From NCBI RefSeq assembly GCF_009914755.1, contig NC_060929.1: a DNA stretch of 64,000 bases. One strand, given 5' to 3'. The notes beneath the pieces are model-generated. The model was not told the DNA's origin. It saw only the letters and a list, made by a program, of their open reading frames with translations, and did no database searches. The position numbers were made by a program, and so were the translations under genes. The DNA is from the human T2T-CHM13v2.0 reference genome, Homo sapiens. Positions 13,970-32,784 of this stretch are shown here, piece by piece. The stretch's first letter is position 1; each line of letters starts with the position of its first letter.

Positions 13970-14228
13970 AGCATGACAAGTTCTATTAAATTCTATTAAT
14001 AAGTTAATTTATTAGCCATGGTAATATTACAAGAATACAAATATTTTAGTCAATTTCATGTATATGAAGACAAAATATATATTAAGAGTTTAAACTTAAG
14101 CTCAATGAAAAGCTTAGTTGTTGAAGAAAAAATATTAAATTAACTATTATACACAAAAAATAAAATTTTATAATCCATCCTAAACTCATAGGCCTGCTTT
14201 GTTTTTTAAAATGTTGTTCAAAAAATAC

Positions 14229-14301
14229 CTTTTCCTTTTTTTTTTCAATTTGATTTTTTCTTTGCTTTTTTCTTTCTTCTTTTCCTCTTCTTCATTTATT
14301 C
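14229..14301 (-). CDS. SREK1IP1: SREK1IP1 exon 4
   Basis: ctctccccccacag|GA ATA AAT ... AAA AG|gtattt; reads (R)INEEEEKKKEKSKEKIKLKKKRK(R); 73 nt. Confidence 0.95.
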
Positions 14302-15033
14302 CTGTGGGGGAGAGGTGAGAAGAAAAAAATCTGGTTAATATATGATTCTATATATTAATATGGCATGTATATATGTTAAAATTTTAGCTGTTGGTGAATT
14401 TCACTGGTTAGGATAATTTTTGTAATAATTTTCCCCTTTCTTAATTATCTTTATCCATTAAAAAACTCATAAAAGTATTAAATGTTTTTTATAAACATTT
14501 CAAATACTAAGTCCATCAAGTAAAAAAATGCAAGTACCCCACCTCTAATTCCCATAGGAAATCAAGGCCAGTGGTTTGATGGGTATTGTTTGGCCCTTAA
14601 AAAGCAGAACACTACAACAGTGCACAGTTTTAAAATTTTATTTTGCAACAAAATTAGGATCATGCAATATGTATTATTCTCTAACTTGTTTTTTAAATAC
14701 ACTATTTGGTGTGTATTCTTGTAGGCATTCTTTATATAAAACCAAATACACACACATTTACTCATACACACATAGTTGCATATAAGTTCCAAGTATTTTT
14801 TGCCTTTGAAAAATGTACTGTCACATATATTTTGCAGCTTTTTTTTCACTTAACATAGCAGATATTTATCTTTGTCATTAAATATATATCATTATTAAAC
14901 ACAGAAGTGTTCCCATTAACCATATTTTATCAATTTCTACTTTCATTGTTAGAAACAATAAGCAATGGAAATCTTTGTACATATAAGAAGTATTTCTGGG
15001 TGACAGAACTTGTGTATATTTAAAGAAAAAGCA

Positions 15034-15213
15034 GGCTGGGCGCGGTGGCTCATGCCTGTAATCCCAGCACTTTGGGAGGCGAGGCGGGTGGATCATGAGG
15101 TCAGAAATTCGAGACTAGGCTGGACAACATGGTGAAACCCCATTTCTACTAAAAATACAAAAAATTAGCCAGGCGTGGCGGCAGGAGCCTGTACTCCCAG
15201 CTACTCGGGAGGA
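15034..15213 (+). repeat. Alu (AluS, 3' truncated)
   Basis: Left arm and start of right arm, then ends abruptly. Confidence 0.9.
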
Positions 15214-15289
15214 AGCCTTGGGGTTATTTGGCAAGGTAAAGAATAGACATCAGTTTGTCTCATAAAATCCTAGGAGATTTTTATTGACC

Positions 15290-17400
15290 ACGCTTTCATT
15301 TATTCAACAAATATTTACTAAATGCTTATGTGTCAAGTACTGTGCTATGTACTGGGTCTTTGCTGTGCATGATCCTTGCCCACAGGGAACTTATAGTTAA
15401 GTGGTGAGAAAGAAAATTAACAGGCAAAGATAGCATTCTAAGTGAACAGCAAGGGTAGTGCATGTCAGGAAGAGGAAATTAGTGCCAAAGCTCCAAGGCA
15501 AAAAGAGTTTGGTGCGTTCTAGAAACTAAGAAGAGGTTGTTGCGGATAGAAGGGGAGGGGCAACTATGAATAAGAATGAACATGAATGAGAACAGATGAA
15601 CAATATCATAAATACATGTAGAATACCATGAAATGAGAGGCCAGAGAGGTAAGCAGGAACTTGCTTATTCAAGACCATGAAGGCAACAGTAAGGATTTTA
15701 CATTCTAAGTGAGACGGACTGTGTGATCGGCAGACTTACAAGGTAAATGAATTGGAAAGGGCTAAGGGGAAAAGGCAGGGGAATAATAAAGTAACTGGAG
15801 TAGTGCAGGCCAGAGATGGTGTCCTGAGGTGATATGTGTGTGCGAAGGATGATGGAACGAAAGGAATCAAGGATGACCACCAGGTTTTTAGCAGTGCCAC
15901 TGATTAAAATGTGGATTGGTGGGAAGTGGGTAGGAGCCTGAAGGACAATTGTGGGTGGGAAGTAAAGATTTCAATTTTAGACATTTGAGATCTAAAAGAC
16001 CTGTTTGACATCCAAGTAGGTAACTGAAGTAGGTAGTTTGGTATGTGATTCTGAAGTTTAGAGATTAGTCTGGACACACACACTGATCAGCTTATAGATA
16101 GTATTTAAAACTATGGGGAATAAATAAAATCATTTAGTAAGAGAATGATGAGAAAAAAATACAGGGAGTAAAGCCCAGGAAGATTATCTGCATCTTGAGG
16201 AACTCCAACATTTACGGGCTGAGAAGAGCAAGAAGAAGAGCTGTCAAAAAGACTGACAAAGAAGGGCCACGGGGTTGGAAGAATACCAGAACCAAGAAGT
16301 AGGAATGTTGAAGAGAGGGGCTACCTATCAAATAGTACCTAAAGGCCAAGTAGAATGTGGATATAAAAACGCCAAATAAATTTGGCAAAAAGTATTTAAA
16401 GACCTTGACAAGTGGACTGAAAAACAAATGGAAATAAAAAGGTAGAGAAAGTAAGAATAAATAACTTTGATGAGAAGTTTAGCTAGAAAGCAGCAGAGAA
16501 ATGGAATGTTAGCTACAGGGATGCAAAGGATCTAGGGAAGAACAATGGGAAAAACGAAAAAAAATTGATGCTGATTGAAATGATGACGCAGAGAGGGGAT
16601 AACTGAAGGAATAAAATTCTTGAAGAAAAGAATTCATAGCAATTATGGTAGGACATGCCTTCGAAAGGAAGGACAGTCCTTCCATTTTAACTGAAGGAAA
16701 GAAAAGAAAGATGGATATATATATATGCAAATTTGTGGATTCAGTAATTGGAAGCTAAGATGCTCTCATTTGGTGTCTTCTATTTTGTCAATGAAAGAGG
16801 GAGTCATTAGCCGAAGGAGGAAGGGAGAAGTGGGAAAGGTATAAAATAAGTATGTGGAGTGAACTTGCAAAAATAAATGCAAGCTGAGATTAGGGATCAT
16901 GAATTTATAGAAACACCAGTCTGCCTCTTCACCTTTGCACTGCTGTAAGGGGATCAGCATAGAGAAGGCAAAGAGGTTCATCCATATTTGGGGTTTTGCT
17001 AGATAAGGGTAAAAGATAAAGAAAGGAGTAAGGCAGTTACAGATATTTGCAAAAGAATAATGGTGATAACTATGATGGAATCTAAGCTAGATAAGGGGAA
17101 GACTAACTGAATGAAAGTGGTGGGTCAATAGCCTGAGGGTCTTTACATTAAATAAACTGGAAAGATAAGAACTTGGAGTAAAAAGCGTACAGTGTATGCC
17201 ATTAATTTTGGAGGCTGAGAACAAGGTCCAGGGTGCAATCATGGAAATGTGTGGCTAAGGTGAAGAGACAGAAAAGATCATTTTCAATGATAAGGTGGAG
17301 AAGATGAGTTAGGGTGTTGTCAGGTCATTCACAGGTCATCTAAGAATGTCTCTAAGAACAATGAGAGGACTTGAGATGAAAAATAAGACAATTGAGAGTT
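15290..17400. mobile_element. Degenerate LINE-2 fragments
   Basis: CATTTATTCAACAAATATTTACTAAATGC L2 end motif followed by a long purine-rich L2-like body. Confidence 0.55.
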
Positions 17401-17660
17401 TGAGGCTGGAGGATCGCATAAGACTCAGAGTTCGAAACCAGCCTGGTCAACATAGTGACATCATGTCTTTATAAAAGAAAAAAAAAATTAGCCAGGCATG
17501 GTGGCACATGCCTGTAGTCTCAGCTACACTGGAGGCTGAGGCGGAGGACTGCTTGGGCCCAGGAGTTTGAGGCTGCAGTGATTCCAGAAGCCATGATTGC
17601 ATTACTGAACTCCAGCCTAGACAACAGAGTGGGCCCTTGTCTCAAAAAAAAAAAAAAAAA
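17401..17660 (+). repeat. Alu (AluJ-like)
   Basis: GCCCAGGAGTTTGAGGCTGCAGTGA; poly-A tail. Confidence 0.88.
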
Positions 17661-18479
17661 GAGGACAGGAATCTTAAAATAATTGTGAGGAATGGCCTGA
17701 ACTAGATATAGGACGACAATAAAAATGGGAAGAAGCAGGAAAGCCAAATGACAGGAGCCTCAAAAGGGCATTTTGCTAAGACAATATGTTGATGATGTCT
17801 TGAACATATAAAAAATGTGAGTTATTAAAGACAATCAGTGAGAAGTATGTAGTTTAGAGAACTAAAAATGTAATTAAGGAAAAAAATAATGGCCAGACCA
17901 AAGATAAAATGTATTAAGAAGGAAAGCAGTCTTGAAATTCCAAGAACTATTTTTAATGCCTTCCAGCTCTCAGTTCTCTCTCTTCCTTTCTGGTTGTGGT
18001 GCTGGCCACCTCTTTCTTGCATGCTATCAGCTAAGGTGTCAATGGTTGGCATACTAAGTTGGAAAAAATGATTAAAGGCAAAGTGAAGAAAACAGGATGG
18101 GGGAAATAAGGCATTTTTTAAAAAGTCACATCCAATGACAATGTACATCTGGAGACTCAGAAATTGTACAAATCAGTGCTATAGGCTACTTATCTCTATT
18201 TCTAGTATCCACGATTTTGTCAGTTATGCCAACAGCTTTTTAGAAAACTGGTCAATGCCATTTGTCCTGAAAAACTTCTCTCCATTATGAGAGAAGTACT
18301 AAAACAATGCAAGTGATGAAATGCTGGGAGAGATTCTATACTATTCAAGCAGAATGAATAAATGATTTTTGAAGCTCACCTATTTCAATTACATGAAATA
18401 CTTGGAAATAACAAAACACTCTATCAGCTCAGGTTCGTATTTGCAAATGACCTGACAATTTACACAGATATTCCCAAGG

Positions 18480-20325
18480 AGTCTACAAAAATCCAGAATC
18501 AGCTCAGCAAGAAGAAAAAATAAACATACAAAAATCAATTTATTTTTATTAGCAACGAACATGCAGAGAACAAAATTAAAGATACAGTATCATTTATAAT
18601 TTTCCAAAAAAGTATATAAAAGATGTATAGGACTTATATGCTGAAAACTACACAGTGCTGATGAAAGAAATCCAAGAAGTTCTAAATAAAGAGACATACC
18701 ATGTTAATGGATCAGAAGACTCAACAAAGTAATGACGTCCATTCTCCCCAAACTGATATACACATTTAATGCAATTCCTATTCAAAATCCTAGCAAAGCT
18801 TTCTGTAAATATAGTCATAAGTTTAAAATTTTTACGGAAATGAAAAGGAACTAAAATAGCTTGAACAATTTTGATGAAGAATAAAGTGGGAAGAATTAGT
18901 ATCCCCATTCAAGACTTATTTTATAGCTATATGAATAAAGACTATGTGGTATTAGTGGAGGCAAAGACACATTAATCAATGAAACAGCACAGAGAATCCA
19001 GAAACAAGCACACACAAATAGAACCAACTGATTTTTTGGGGAAAAAAAAAAAAAAGCAAAGCAATTTAATGCAGGAAAGACACTTTTTAAGAAATGGTGT
19101 TGGAACAACTGAACACCCATAGGCAAAATAGATCAAGCCTCACTGCTTACATAAAAATCAACTCAAAATTTATCATGGACTTAAATGTAAAATTAAAACC
19201 ACAAAACTTTTAGAAAAAAAAAAGAGCATTTTTCAGATCTATGCATAGGCAAAGGTTCTTATATTTGACACCAAAAGCACAGTCTATAAAAGGAAAACTG
19301 ATCAATTGGACTTCATCAAAATTAAAAACTACTGCTTTGTGAAAGACCTGGTAAGAGGATAAAAAAGACAAATGCCATACTGGGAGTAACTATTTTCAAA
19401 ACAGGTATCTGACAAAGGACTAGTGTCTAGAATGGTATAAAGAATATCAACATGTATAAAGAACATACAAAATATACACATGTACCCACATATATATACA
19501 CACACACATATATGTATGTTCAGAACTCAACATTCAACAGTAATGAAAAGATGTATAACATCATTAGCCATTAGGAAAATGTAAATAAAGCAACAATGGG
19601 CTATAACTACACATGTTAGAATGCTAAGCACAAAAATGCTGGTGACAACACCAAATGCTAGTCACTCACACGCTTCTCGTAGGGACGTAAAATGGTATAG
19701 CCACTGTAGAGTTTGACAGTTTATTAGGAAACAAAATATACAACTACCATAACAACCCAGCAATTTTACTGTGGGGCATATGTCTCATAGAAATAAAGAC
19801 TTACGTTCACCCAAATCCTGTTTATAGCAGTTTTATTAATAATAACCCCAAACTGACAATCCAGTGGATAAATACTTAATACTTAAACAAACAGTAGTAT
19901 ATCCATAACATACACTACTATTCAGAAATAAAAAATAACGAATTAGTCAGTCTGTAGAGAATTATAATTAGTGAAAAAAGCTCATCAGAAGGGTTACATA
20001 CTGTAAGATTCTATTTACAAAACATTATTGAAATGACAATATTATAAAAATAGAGAGCAAAGTTTTGGTTTATAGGGCTTAGGAACGTGGTGAGGGCAAG
20101 AGAAAAGTGGATGTAGGTATCAAAAGACAGTATGAATGGTCGTTGTGGTGATGGAAATGTTCTGTGTAGACTGTATCAAAGACATTATCCTGCTTTGAAA
20201 CTGTAGTTTTCGAAGATGTTACCATTGAGGGAAACCAGGTAAGGGACAAAAGGGTCTCTATGTGATTTCTTACAGCTACATGTTAATCTACAATATTCTC
20301 AAAATAAAAATTTCGATTAAAAAAT
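18480..20325 (+). mobile_element. Old L1 (L1MC/MD-like) ORF2 3' part and 3' UTR
   Basis: Decayed ORF2 motifs and 3' end ...GATGTTACCATTGAGGGAAAC...TCTCAAAATAAAAA. Confidence 0.75.
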
Positions 20326-23040
<2,715 letters not shown>

Positions 23041-23219
23041 TTTTTTTTTTTTTGGAGTTATAGTAATTTCAGAATAACTACTGCAAACATGCCCCCAAAA
23101 AGTTATGAGGAACTAAGGAAATAAAACAGTAGCTATGGGAATAATTTCCTCTTCTACTTAGCAATGATGGATTAGGAGTTTACTTACTAGGTTTTATAGA
23201 GAAATTGGTTCTAATAAAA

Positions 23220-24960
23220 ACAAAATATACAGAATATGCTGTCCAACACCAGCAGAATACATTCTTCTCAAGCACACAGAACATTCTCCAGAACAGAGCA
23301 TGTTAGGTGACAAAATAAGTCTTCACAAATTTAAGAAGATTGGAATCATATTGAGTATCTTTTCTGACCACAATGGTATGAAAATGTAAATCAGTAATGA
23401 AAGAAAAACTGGAAAATTCACATATATGTAGAAATTAAACCACACACACCTGACCAACCATTGGGTCAAAGAAGAAATCAAAAGAGAAATTAAAAAAAAC
23501 TTGAGATAAATGAAATTACAACACACCACAATTTATGGGATTCTGCAAAAGCAGTACTAAAAGGGAAATTTATATGATAAATGATTTTATTAAGAAAGAA
23601 GAGGGCCAAGTGAAGTGGTTCATACTGTCAAAAAAAAAAAAAAAAGAAAAGAAGGATCTCAAAAAAACACAACCAAACATTATACCTTTAAGAAACTAGA
23701 AAAAAAAAACACAATAAATGAAATAGAGACTAGAAAAACAACAGAAAAGCCCAAAGAAACTAAGAGCTTTTTAATAAAAAGATAAAACTGACATATCTTT
23801 AACTAGACTAACTCAGAAAAAAGACAGGGCCAAAATTAGAACTGAAAAAAGAGAGTATAAGTGATGTCACAGAAATATAAAGGGGTGTTATATAAATATA
23901 TAACTATATAAGAGAATACAAGGAACATTTATATGTCAACAAATTGGGTAACTTACAAGAATACACTCCTTGAAACATAAAATGTATCAGGAGTGAATCA
24001 TGAAGAAATCGAAAATAGGAACAGACCAGTAACAAGTAAAGACACTGGGTCAGTAATCCTCCCAGCAGAGAAAAGCCCAGGACTAGATGGCTTTGCTGGT
24101 GAAGTCAACCAAACATTTAAAGAGCAATTAAGCCAATTCTTCCAAAGCACTTCTAAAGAACTGGAGAGAAGAGATCACTTCCAAACTTATTTTACAAGGC
24201 TGGTATCACCCTGATACCAAAGCCAGACAAAGGTACCTTAAGAAAATAAAATTACAGACCAATACACCTGATGAACATATATGCAACAATCTTCAGCAAA
24301 ATTCTAGCAAACCAAACTTAGCAGCACATTAAAAGGATCATACACTATGATCAAGTGGGATTCATCCATGGGACACAAGGATGGCTCAATATATGCAAAT
24401 CCATAAATGTGAAACATCACATTAAGAAAGGAAGGCTAAAAATCAAATGAATATTTCAATAGATGCAGAAAGAGCATTTGACAATATATGTGCTCATGGA
24501 TTGAAAGAATATTGTTAAAATGCCTACATTATCTAAAGCAATCTATGAATTCAATGGAATCCCTACCAAAATCCCAATGGCTCTTTTGACAGATATATAA
24601 AACATAATCCAAAAATGTATACGGAACCACAAAAGACCCCATACAGCCAAAGCAATCTTAAGAAGAACAAAGCTGTAGGCATCACATTCCTTGATTTCAA
24701 AATATATTACACAGCTATAGTAATTAAAATAGTATTGTACTGACATAAAGACAGACACATAGACCAATGTAACAGAATAGGAAGTCCAGGAATAAACCCA
24801 TGCATATATGATGAACTGACCATGAGGGGTGTTAAGAACACACAATGGGAAAAGGATGTCTTCAGCAAATGGTCTTGGGTCAAGTGTATATCCACATACA
24901 AAAGAATAAAACTGTACCCTCACCTCATGCCATATATAAAAATCAACCTAAAATGAAGAT
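23220..24960 (+). mobile_element. L1M ORF2 fragments
   Basis: The ORF at 23993 (NHEEIENRNRPVTS...KSPGLDGFAGE) is a decayed L1 ORF2 segment; many indels. Confidence 0.8.
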
Positions 24961-27098
24961 ATCTGAAAACAACTTTATTCTATTTTCACGCTTGGCTAAT
25001 AATTTGGTTGAAAATATTATTCTGACTTGGATATAATTTCCCTTCCAAAATGTGAAGGCATTCCCCACATCTATTAGCTTTCAGGACTGCTTTAGAGAAG
25101 TGGAAAGCTATTCTGACTCCTGATCTTTGACAGATGACCTGTTTAATCCCTGATCCTGGAAGCCTGGATTATATTTTCCTTGTTCCCTGTGATATGAAGT
25201 TTTATAATGGTGTGCCTTTGTGTGGGTCTATTTTTAGCTCTGTGTTTGGTACTTGTGACACCTTTTCAACTGTAAAACTAATGTCCTTCAGTTCTTCGAA
25301 ATTTTCTTTCTGGGACTCATTTGAGTGAAGTATTTCCTAGACTAATTGTGATATATGTCTGGGAACCAAATAGGTGAAGAAAGTTCTCAGCCTTTAACTT
25401 CCTCCCTGCTTTCAGCTATGGTTAGTGTGTCCCAGTCTAAAGAACCTATGTTTTACCCTCTCTAGAAAATAAACCTCCAGTAGTCTGCTGGGGTGATGAA
25501 GGGAAGTCATCTGACTTCATAGGGGAAGGGAACTGAGGGTCTAACTCGTGGAGACTTCAAACCAATCCTCCTGTTTTTAGCCTTATATTCAGCCAGAGGT
25601 ACCCAAGGATACTAATTATCATGTCTTTAGGGGATTCTAGAATATATGTCGGGTTACTTCACAGCTTTCCACACTGCTGAAGAATTTAGCTTTTTCAAGA
25701 GTGTAATCAGTTATCACTCTTCTGCTTTTCAGTTTCCAAAATTTTACTGCTATTCCCTCCTAACTCAGTTTCTTTGCCCTTGTGAGTTTACGTCTTTAAA
25801 TTTTTTTCTACTTCTGGCATTTTAGTGGTATTTCAGTAGAGAACAAAAGTGTGTGTATTCAATCAACTGTCTTTACCCTGAAGCTGTATATACTCATATA
25901 TGATATGACTCTTGTTTGCCCTCTTTGGGATTCTCTCCCTCTTTTTCCTTTTCAGCTTGTTCTAGCACCTTACATTTGACTTCTTCACTTACCTTAACTG
26001 GACATAATATGGAAAGCTTGATATTAAAAACAAAGTTTACTGTTTAATGTTCATCGACAATCTAAACTAAAATGAATTTAAAATTTGTAACTCTCTCATT
26101 CCTTGTCTAAGATTATATTCAAATAAGTTATATTTTATTTCAGAGTGATATTTACCATAGTGCATTTTGTAGTTTACAAAGTAGTTTAATTTATGGCATC
26201 ACGTTTAATCCCTAAAAACCCCACTGCAAGGATGAGCTATTTTATACACAACGTGGGAAAGAAAGGGTTAAATAACAGGTCCGCTATCCACTCTCTCTCT
26301 AGGGAGAGAGGAGGATGTGTCCAGGAAAGACAGAGAGTGACCTGGAGAAATCTCTCTGAAACACACTAACAATAGATCTCCTGGAAAAAAAATAAATGAT
26401 ATCTGTTAGCCATAGAACCCCTATTTATATAATTATCATTTACATCCTTTTAGTAGGATGTAACTGAGATTGCTTATGGTAAACAAACCTGGAATCTATA
26501 GATTTATGGGGCATAGCTCCCTGGAAAATGTAACTATCCAAGCATAAAATGAGTATGTTTCATGACCAAATCAACTTTCTTTGGTATAAGTAATAAAGAA
26601 ACTTCTTATGTTAATATTGATCACAGTGGGTTATGAAGTAGAAAGGAAATACCTGGGGAGCTGTATTGGCATGCCCAGAACTCTCTGCTTTGCCTATGCC
26701 TCACGATCACTTGTATACTTGAAATTATTAGTGAAGCTTGATACTGGCTAAGATCACTGATCTGCATGAGCATCATTTGACAATCCAACATTTTGTGTTA
26801 TCCCACAAGGCAGCTGAGCCTCAGGATGGTTAAGTCACTTGGTGAAAGTCATGTGCTAAAACAAATTGCCAAATAGGACTAGAAACCAAATCTTAAATCA
26901 CACTTTTTCAGCCATTTGACACATATCCTAATGTGATGGGGGAAAAACAACAACAAAAAACATAAGCTGTGTGTCAGAAATAGACTTGCCTCCTGGATCT
27001 GTAATTGCTTAGCTGTTCAATCTTAGGCAAATAACTTACAATATTTAAAACCTATTTCCTATGCAGTAGCTCTTACATAAACTATAAAAGAGATCTTA

Positions 27099-27359
<261 letters not shown>

Positions 27360-29255
27360 CTATAGATACATTATGTATTTTTGTATGTTTTGCTGCCTCA
27401 CGGTAACCAGTAAGTTACAATTTCAATAATATAATGTAGAAAGCTTTAACTTTTATTCAGTTGGTAGTAGTTTGGTTATTTTCCCTATACTTTTCCATGA
27501 ATGCAATACTCAGAAAGAACTTTTTCCTTTCTTCCTCAGAACTCCTTATTCAATAAGCATTTTTGGGGGCCACTTCTTATGGATTTCAAAGTATTGAGTT
27601 ATTCTATTTCCCTTTCTAAAAATACAGTAATATCTTTAACTAAACTAAGTAAATAAAAAATACCATCATACTTGGGATTTTATATTATATTCCTTTCCCA
27701 TACCTTTTCTTTCCCAGTTTGACAAATGTACTCATGCAATTATATACCTTTCATCTAATTAAAGTTGGCATAATAATATACAAGCATTAATATAACTGAA
27801 TGTGCTTTACTAAAGAATACCTAAACATTTAATTCTTGCATCATTTCCCTAAAGACTCTACCCTATAAGAAAACTACAACAGTTATCTACTTATGTATAT
27901 GTTTTAGAAAGTCAAATATTACAAACACTATAAAAGTAAAGAAAATAATATAACCAATACCTAAATACCTATCATCCAAATGTTAACATTTTGTCATGCT
28001 CACTTTCAATTCATTTAAGGAAAAAGCTCACTCGCATGCCTGTGCGCACACACACACACAGCTGGAGAGCTTGTATCAACTTTTGGAACACTTTCTCAAT
28101 CTCATTCCATTTTTTTTTTTTTGTCCTCTGAAGCAACTGCACTGAAGTTGGTCTCTATCATTCCCAAACAACATATTGTGATATGTATTCTTAAAAAAAT
28201 AAACTCAATTATACCTATACCTGCAATTTTTTCCTGCCACCCAATATTTTGTGATTTATCTATGTTAACATAACAGGTGTAATTTGCTCATTTTATCTAA
28301 TCGATAATGTTCTACTGTATGAAAATTATATTTATTTGCTGTACTATTGATAGAAACGTAGGTTGCTTCCAGTAGTTTGCTATTATAAAAAGTGTTTAAA
28401 TGGGCAGTTGTACATGTCTCTTTGTGCACATGTACTAGGTTTTCTTTAGGGTAGCAGCTTTCAAGTTTTCTTAACAACCGAGAACAGTAAAAAATAATGC
28501 AAACAAGTGCACTCATACACACATTCATGGATAAATACACCCTAACACACAAAAACTGAAACAAAAGTTAATTGAAAGATTTCTATATTCAATGTTCAAA
28601 ACAACCAAGGCTAATGGTGATCAAATAATTCATTTCACGATCCACTAATGATTCACTACAAATCTATGCTAGGGGTTGTTTCCAGTTGTCTCTTATTTTG
28701 TGGGTGAAGTCCTTTGGGAGTCCTAGGTTTATACCAGAGACTCTCTAAATAGAGTTCCAATTTGGCTTGGGCAGGGCCCTGGGCCTTATTTTTATCCCCC
28801 ACATCCTGCCAGCCCATAAAAAATAGAAGTTCAAGAGCCTAGGGTTCATCAAATATCCTCAAGGCTTAATTCCTGGAACTTCTCCTTTCCTTTGGTTGTT
28901 GGCCTTTGAATATTCTTAGTTCTTTATTTTTTTCTAGTATATTAATGTATCTAAAATATGTATTGCACATTTTATACAAGTTTCTTAGTTGTTTCTTAGT
29001 CTAGTCTGCCATATTATTGGAACAAGTTTTCCTCACTGTGATTTCCTAACAAATGAATCATTCAGAAGCACTCTTTTTAGCTTCCAAACATATGGAGTTT
29101 TCAGGCTTTGTGTTTATTGTCAATCTCTAAATTTACTACACTGTTATCAGAGAATGGGATCTGTATGATATTAGTTCTTTGGTATTTGATGAGACTTCTT
29201 TTGTGGCCTAGGATGTAGTAAATTTAGGAAAGATTTGTTATGTATTTTGAAAACA

Positions 29256-29590
29256 CAGTCATATACTGCATAATGGTGTTTAGGTCAATGATGGACCACA
29301 TAGACAACACAGGTCCCATAAGATAATAATACTGTTCCTTGTCAATGTTTAGATATGTTTAGACACACAAATACTTACTACTGTGTTACAACTGCCTACA
29401 CTATTCAGTACAGTAACATGCTATACAGGTTCATAGCCTAGCAACAATAGGCTATACCATGTAGCCTAGGTGTGTAGTAGACTATACATCCAAGTTTGTG
29501 AAAGTACACTCTATAATTTCCACACAAAGATGAAATTGCCTAATGACACACTTCTCAGAATGTATCCCTGTTGTTAAACAACACAACCAT
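29256..29590. mobile_element. Tigger3-like TcMar MITE
   Basis: CAGTCAT...GTCAATGATGGACCACAT...GGTCCCATAAGAT..CATTTCTCAGAA-type Tigger3 text. Confidence 0.75.
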
Positions 29591-29953
29591 ATATTGTTAT
29601 TTGTTGAAAAGGGTTCTATATCTGTTTGCTTGTTCAACTCTTCTCCATCTTAATTTTTTTGTCTAATAACTTCTGATAGAAGTACTTAAAATTATACAAG
29701 TATTGATTTGTCAATAATTGCTATTATAAATAATGTTGAAATGAGCAGCTGTAGACATCTCTGTGGGCATGCACCAGGTTTTCTCTAGGGTAGATTTGTC
29801 AATTTCTCCTTGTAACACAGATTTTGCTATATATTTTGAGACATTAGTAAATGCTTTGAAGATCATTACTTTATCTTTTTAGTTTATTGTTCGTGAGTTT
29901 CCACTTATCACCAGTAGTGCTTTTGCCTCAAAAGTCTGAAATTATAATGGTTC

Positions 29954-30655
29954 TGTTATAGTAGGTAGCTAGTCAGGCATGAGTGGAGCAGGAGAGGGCT
30001 CCCCCACTCACAAAGGAACATCAGGCAACCATCAAGTGATGGTCCAGCAGCTGTCACACTGTCTCTCTAAAATGATAATTGGTCACAGCCAGTGCCAGGG
30101 AGAAGCAGTTTCTGAACAGATAAAAATACCTGAAATTGATAATCAGCAGCTTCCAATAAGATCTCAGGAACCGGGCAAGTGGACACAAGCATGTGCATTA
30201 AGAGGCAAAAATGAAGGAGTATGACCTTCTGGGGGCATTCCACCAGAAAAGGGAAGAAAAAGCCTCAGGTGAACATGTGTACAACTCCAGTAAACACACT
30301 GTGCATGCTCACCTCCCAAGCGCAGGTAGGGCACCATGCATAAGAGAACAATGAAGGGAAAGGGGTGCAAGACGCTGGAAGTAAGCCAGCATGTAAAATG
30401 CTAGGTTCAATGTTAATTGGGGCACTTAACCTCAAGGTGCCTGTCTGGGCCTCTTCCAAGTATATTTTCCTTTCTTTCGTTCCTGCTTTAAAGCTTTTTA
30501 ATAAATGTCTACTCCTGCTCTGAAACTTGCCTCAGTCTCTTCTTCTGTCTCATGACCCTCAGTAGAATTCTTTCTTCTGAGGTGGCAAGAATAGAGGTTG
30601 CTGCAGACCTGGACGGATTCGCCACCGGTAACTAGGATACCCACCACCGCTAACA
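29954..30655 (+). mobile_element. ERV1 solo LTR (MER50-like)
   Basis: TGTTA...TAACA termini, 4-bp TSD GTTC on both sides, internal AATAAA; starts TGTTATAGTAGGTAGCTAGTCAGGCATGAG. Confidence 0.8.
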
Positions 30656-31285
30656 GTTCCACTAGTGCTCTTTTGTTTATTATTCGTTGGGTAATATGAA
30701 ATTGCCATTTTTGTAGGTAAAATAGTGGAATATCAGCAATGTTCAATCAAATATGTGTTTTTTCCTTGTCCCTTTATTTTGAAAATTTCTGTGTAGTTTT
30801 TAGTTTTATGTGTAGTTTTATTAATCACAACACGTAGTTGGACTTAATTTTTTAAATTTGATTTGATATCAGCACAATTTTTAACATTAATTTCTTAGCA
30901 TGGGAAAAATAGTTCCTGCTTCACAGGAAGCCGTGTAAATTCACTCCTCATACTTACATATACTTACAAGGTATAGGCTGAGGTTGCCAATTCTTATTTG
31001 TTTTCTTCTAATTATCTTATGGGAACTCAAACACACTATACGCATTCTTGCTTCTTTCAGTGAGTGAAATTTTTTCTAATCCCTGCTTCACAGCCTTTTT
31101 AAGGAGTCTGACTTTACTTGAGGGGCTCCACCCTTGCCATACTGCCATCCCCAGGGCTTGAAAGTGTCACTCCACAGCTCTTAAACACCTACCCAGTAGG
31201 CCTGTGGATCCACTGTTTTCAGTAAGATTCCCTGCTCTGACTTTGAGCTCATTTTCTTGTCTAGCACCTGGGGATTTCCCTTTCA

Positions 31286-31776
<491 letters not shown>

Positions 31777-32784
31777 TCATCCTCTCATTGAAATGAATAT
31801 TAAAAATAAATAAAATGCTTAAATAATGACCATACTGGTAGCAGTCTCTGCCCCACATCCATTTTAGCTTTGCTTCAAGCAAAGCGACCCTAAGGTGATA
31901 AGACAAATTAATTGCAAAACTACAAATAAAGTTTCTTACTGATTTTTTTTTCTATTGGGGAATAAGTTAGTGAAGCCTAGGTAATAACTGTGTTGCAAAT
32001 TACAGTTCTTATGGCTAGCAATCTAAATGTTCTTACAGCAAACAATGTAGAAGAAAAAAAAAGGTGGAGGATTCACCCTTCTGGATTTTAAAATTTATTA
32101 TAAATCTATAGCAATCAAAGCAGTTGGTACTGGCATAAGAATAGACACACAGACCAATGGAATAGAATTGAAAGTCCAGAAATAAACCCACATATACATA
32201 GCGAACTGAGTTTTAGCAAGAGTGAAAGTCCATCCAGTGTGGAAAGAATTGTCTTTTCAACAGATGGTACAGAGACAACTTTTCCACATGGGAAAGAATG
32301 TAGTTGGACCCCTCACCTCAGACTATATGTAAAAATTAACTAAAAATGGGTCAAATAAAATAAAATATAAAACCATAAAGCTCTTAGAAGAAAGCATAGG
32401 AGTAAATGTTCATTACCTTGGATTTGGCAATGGATTCTTAGATCTAACACCAAAAGCACAAGCAACAAAAGAAAAAAATTGATAAAATGGTCGTCAGAAT
32501 TAAAAACTTTTGTGCAAAATTATCAGGAAAGTGAAAAGGGAGAATATATTTGCAAATCATCTATCTGGTAGAGCTTAATATCCAGAATACATAAAGAACA
32601 ACTATAACTCAACAAAAACACAACCTAGTTAAAAAATGAGCAAAGGCCTTGAATAGACATTTGTCTATAGAAGAAATACAAATGGTGAATAAGCACATGA
32701 AAAGATACTTAACATCATTAGTCATTAAAGAAATGCAAATCAAAACCACAATGAGGTACCACTTCATACCTATGAGGATGATCT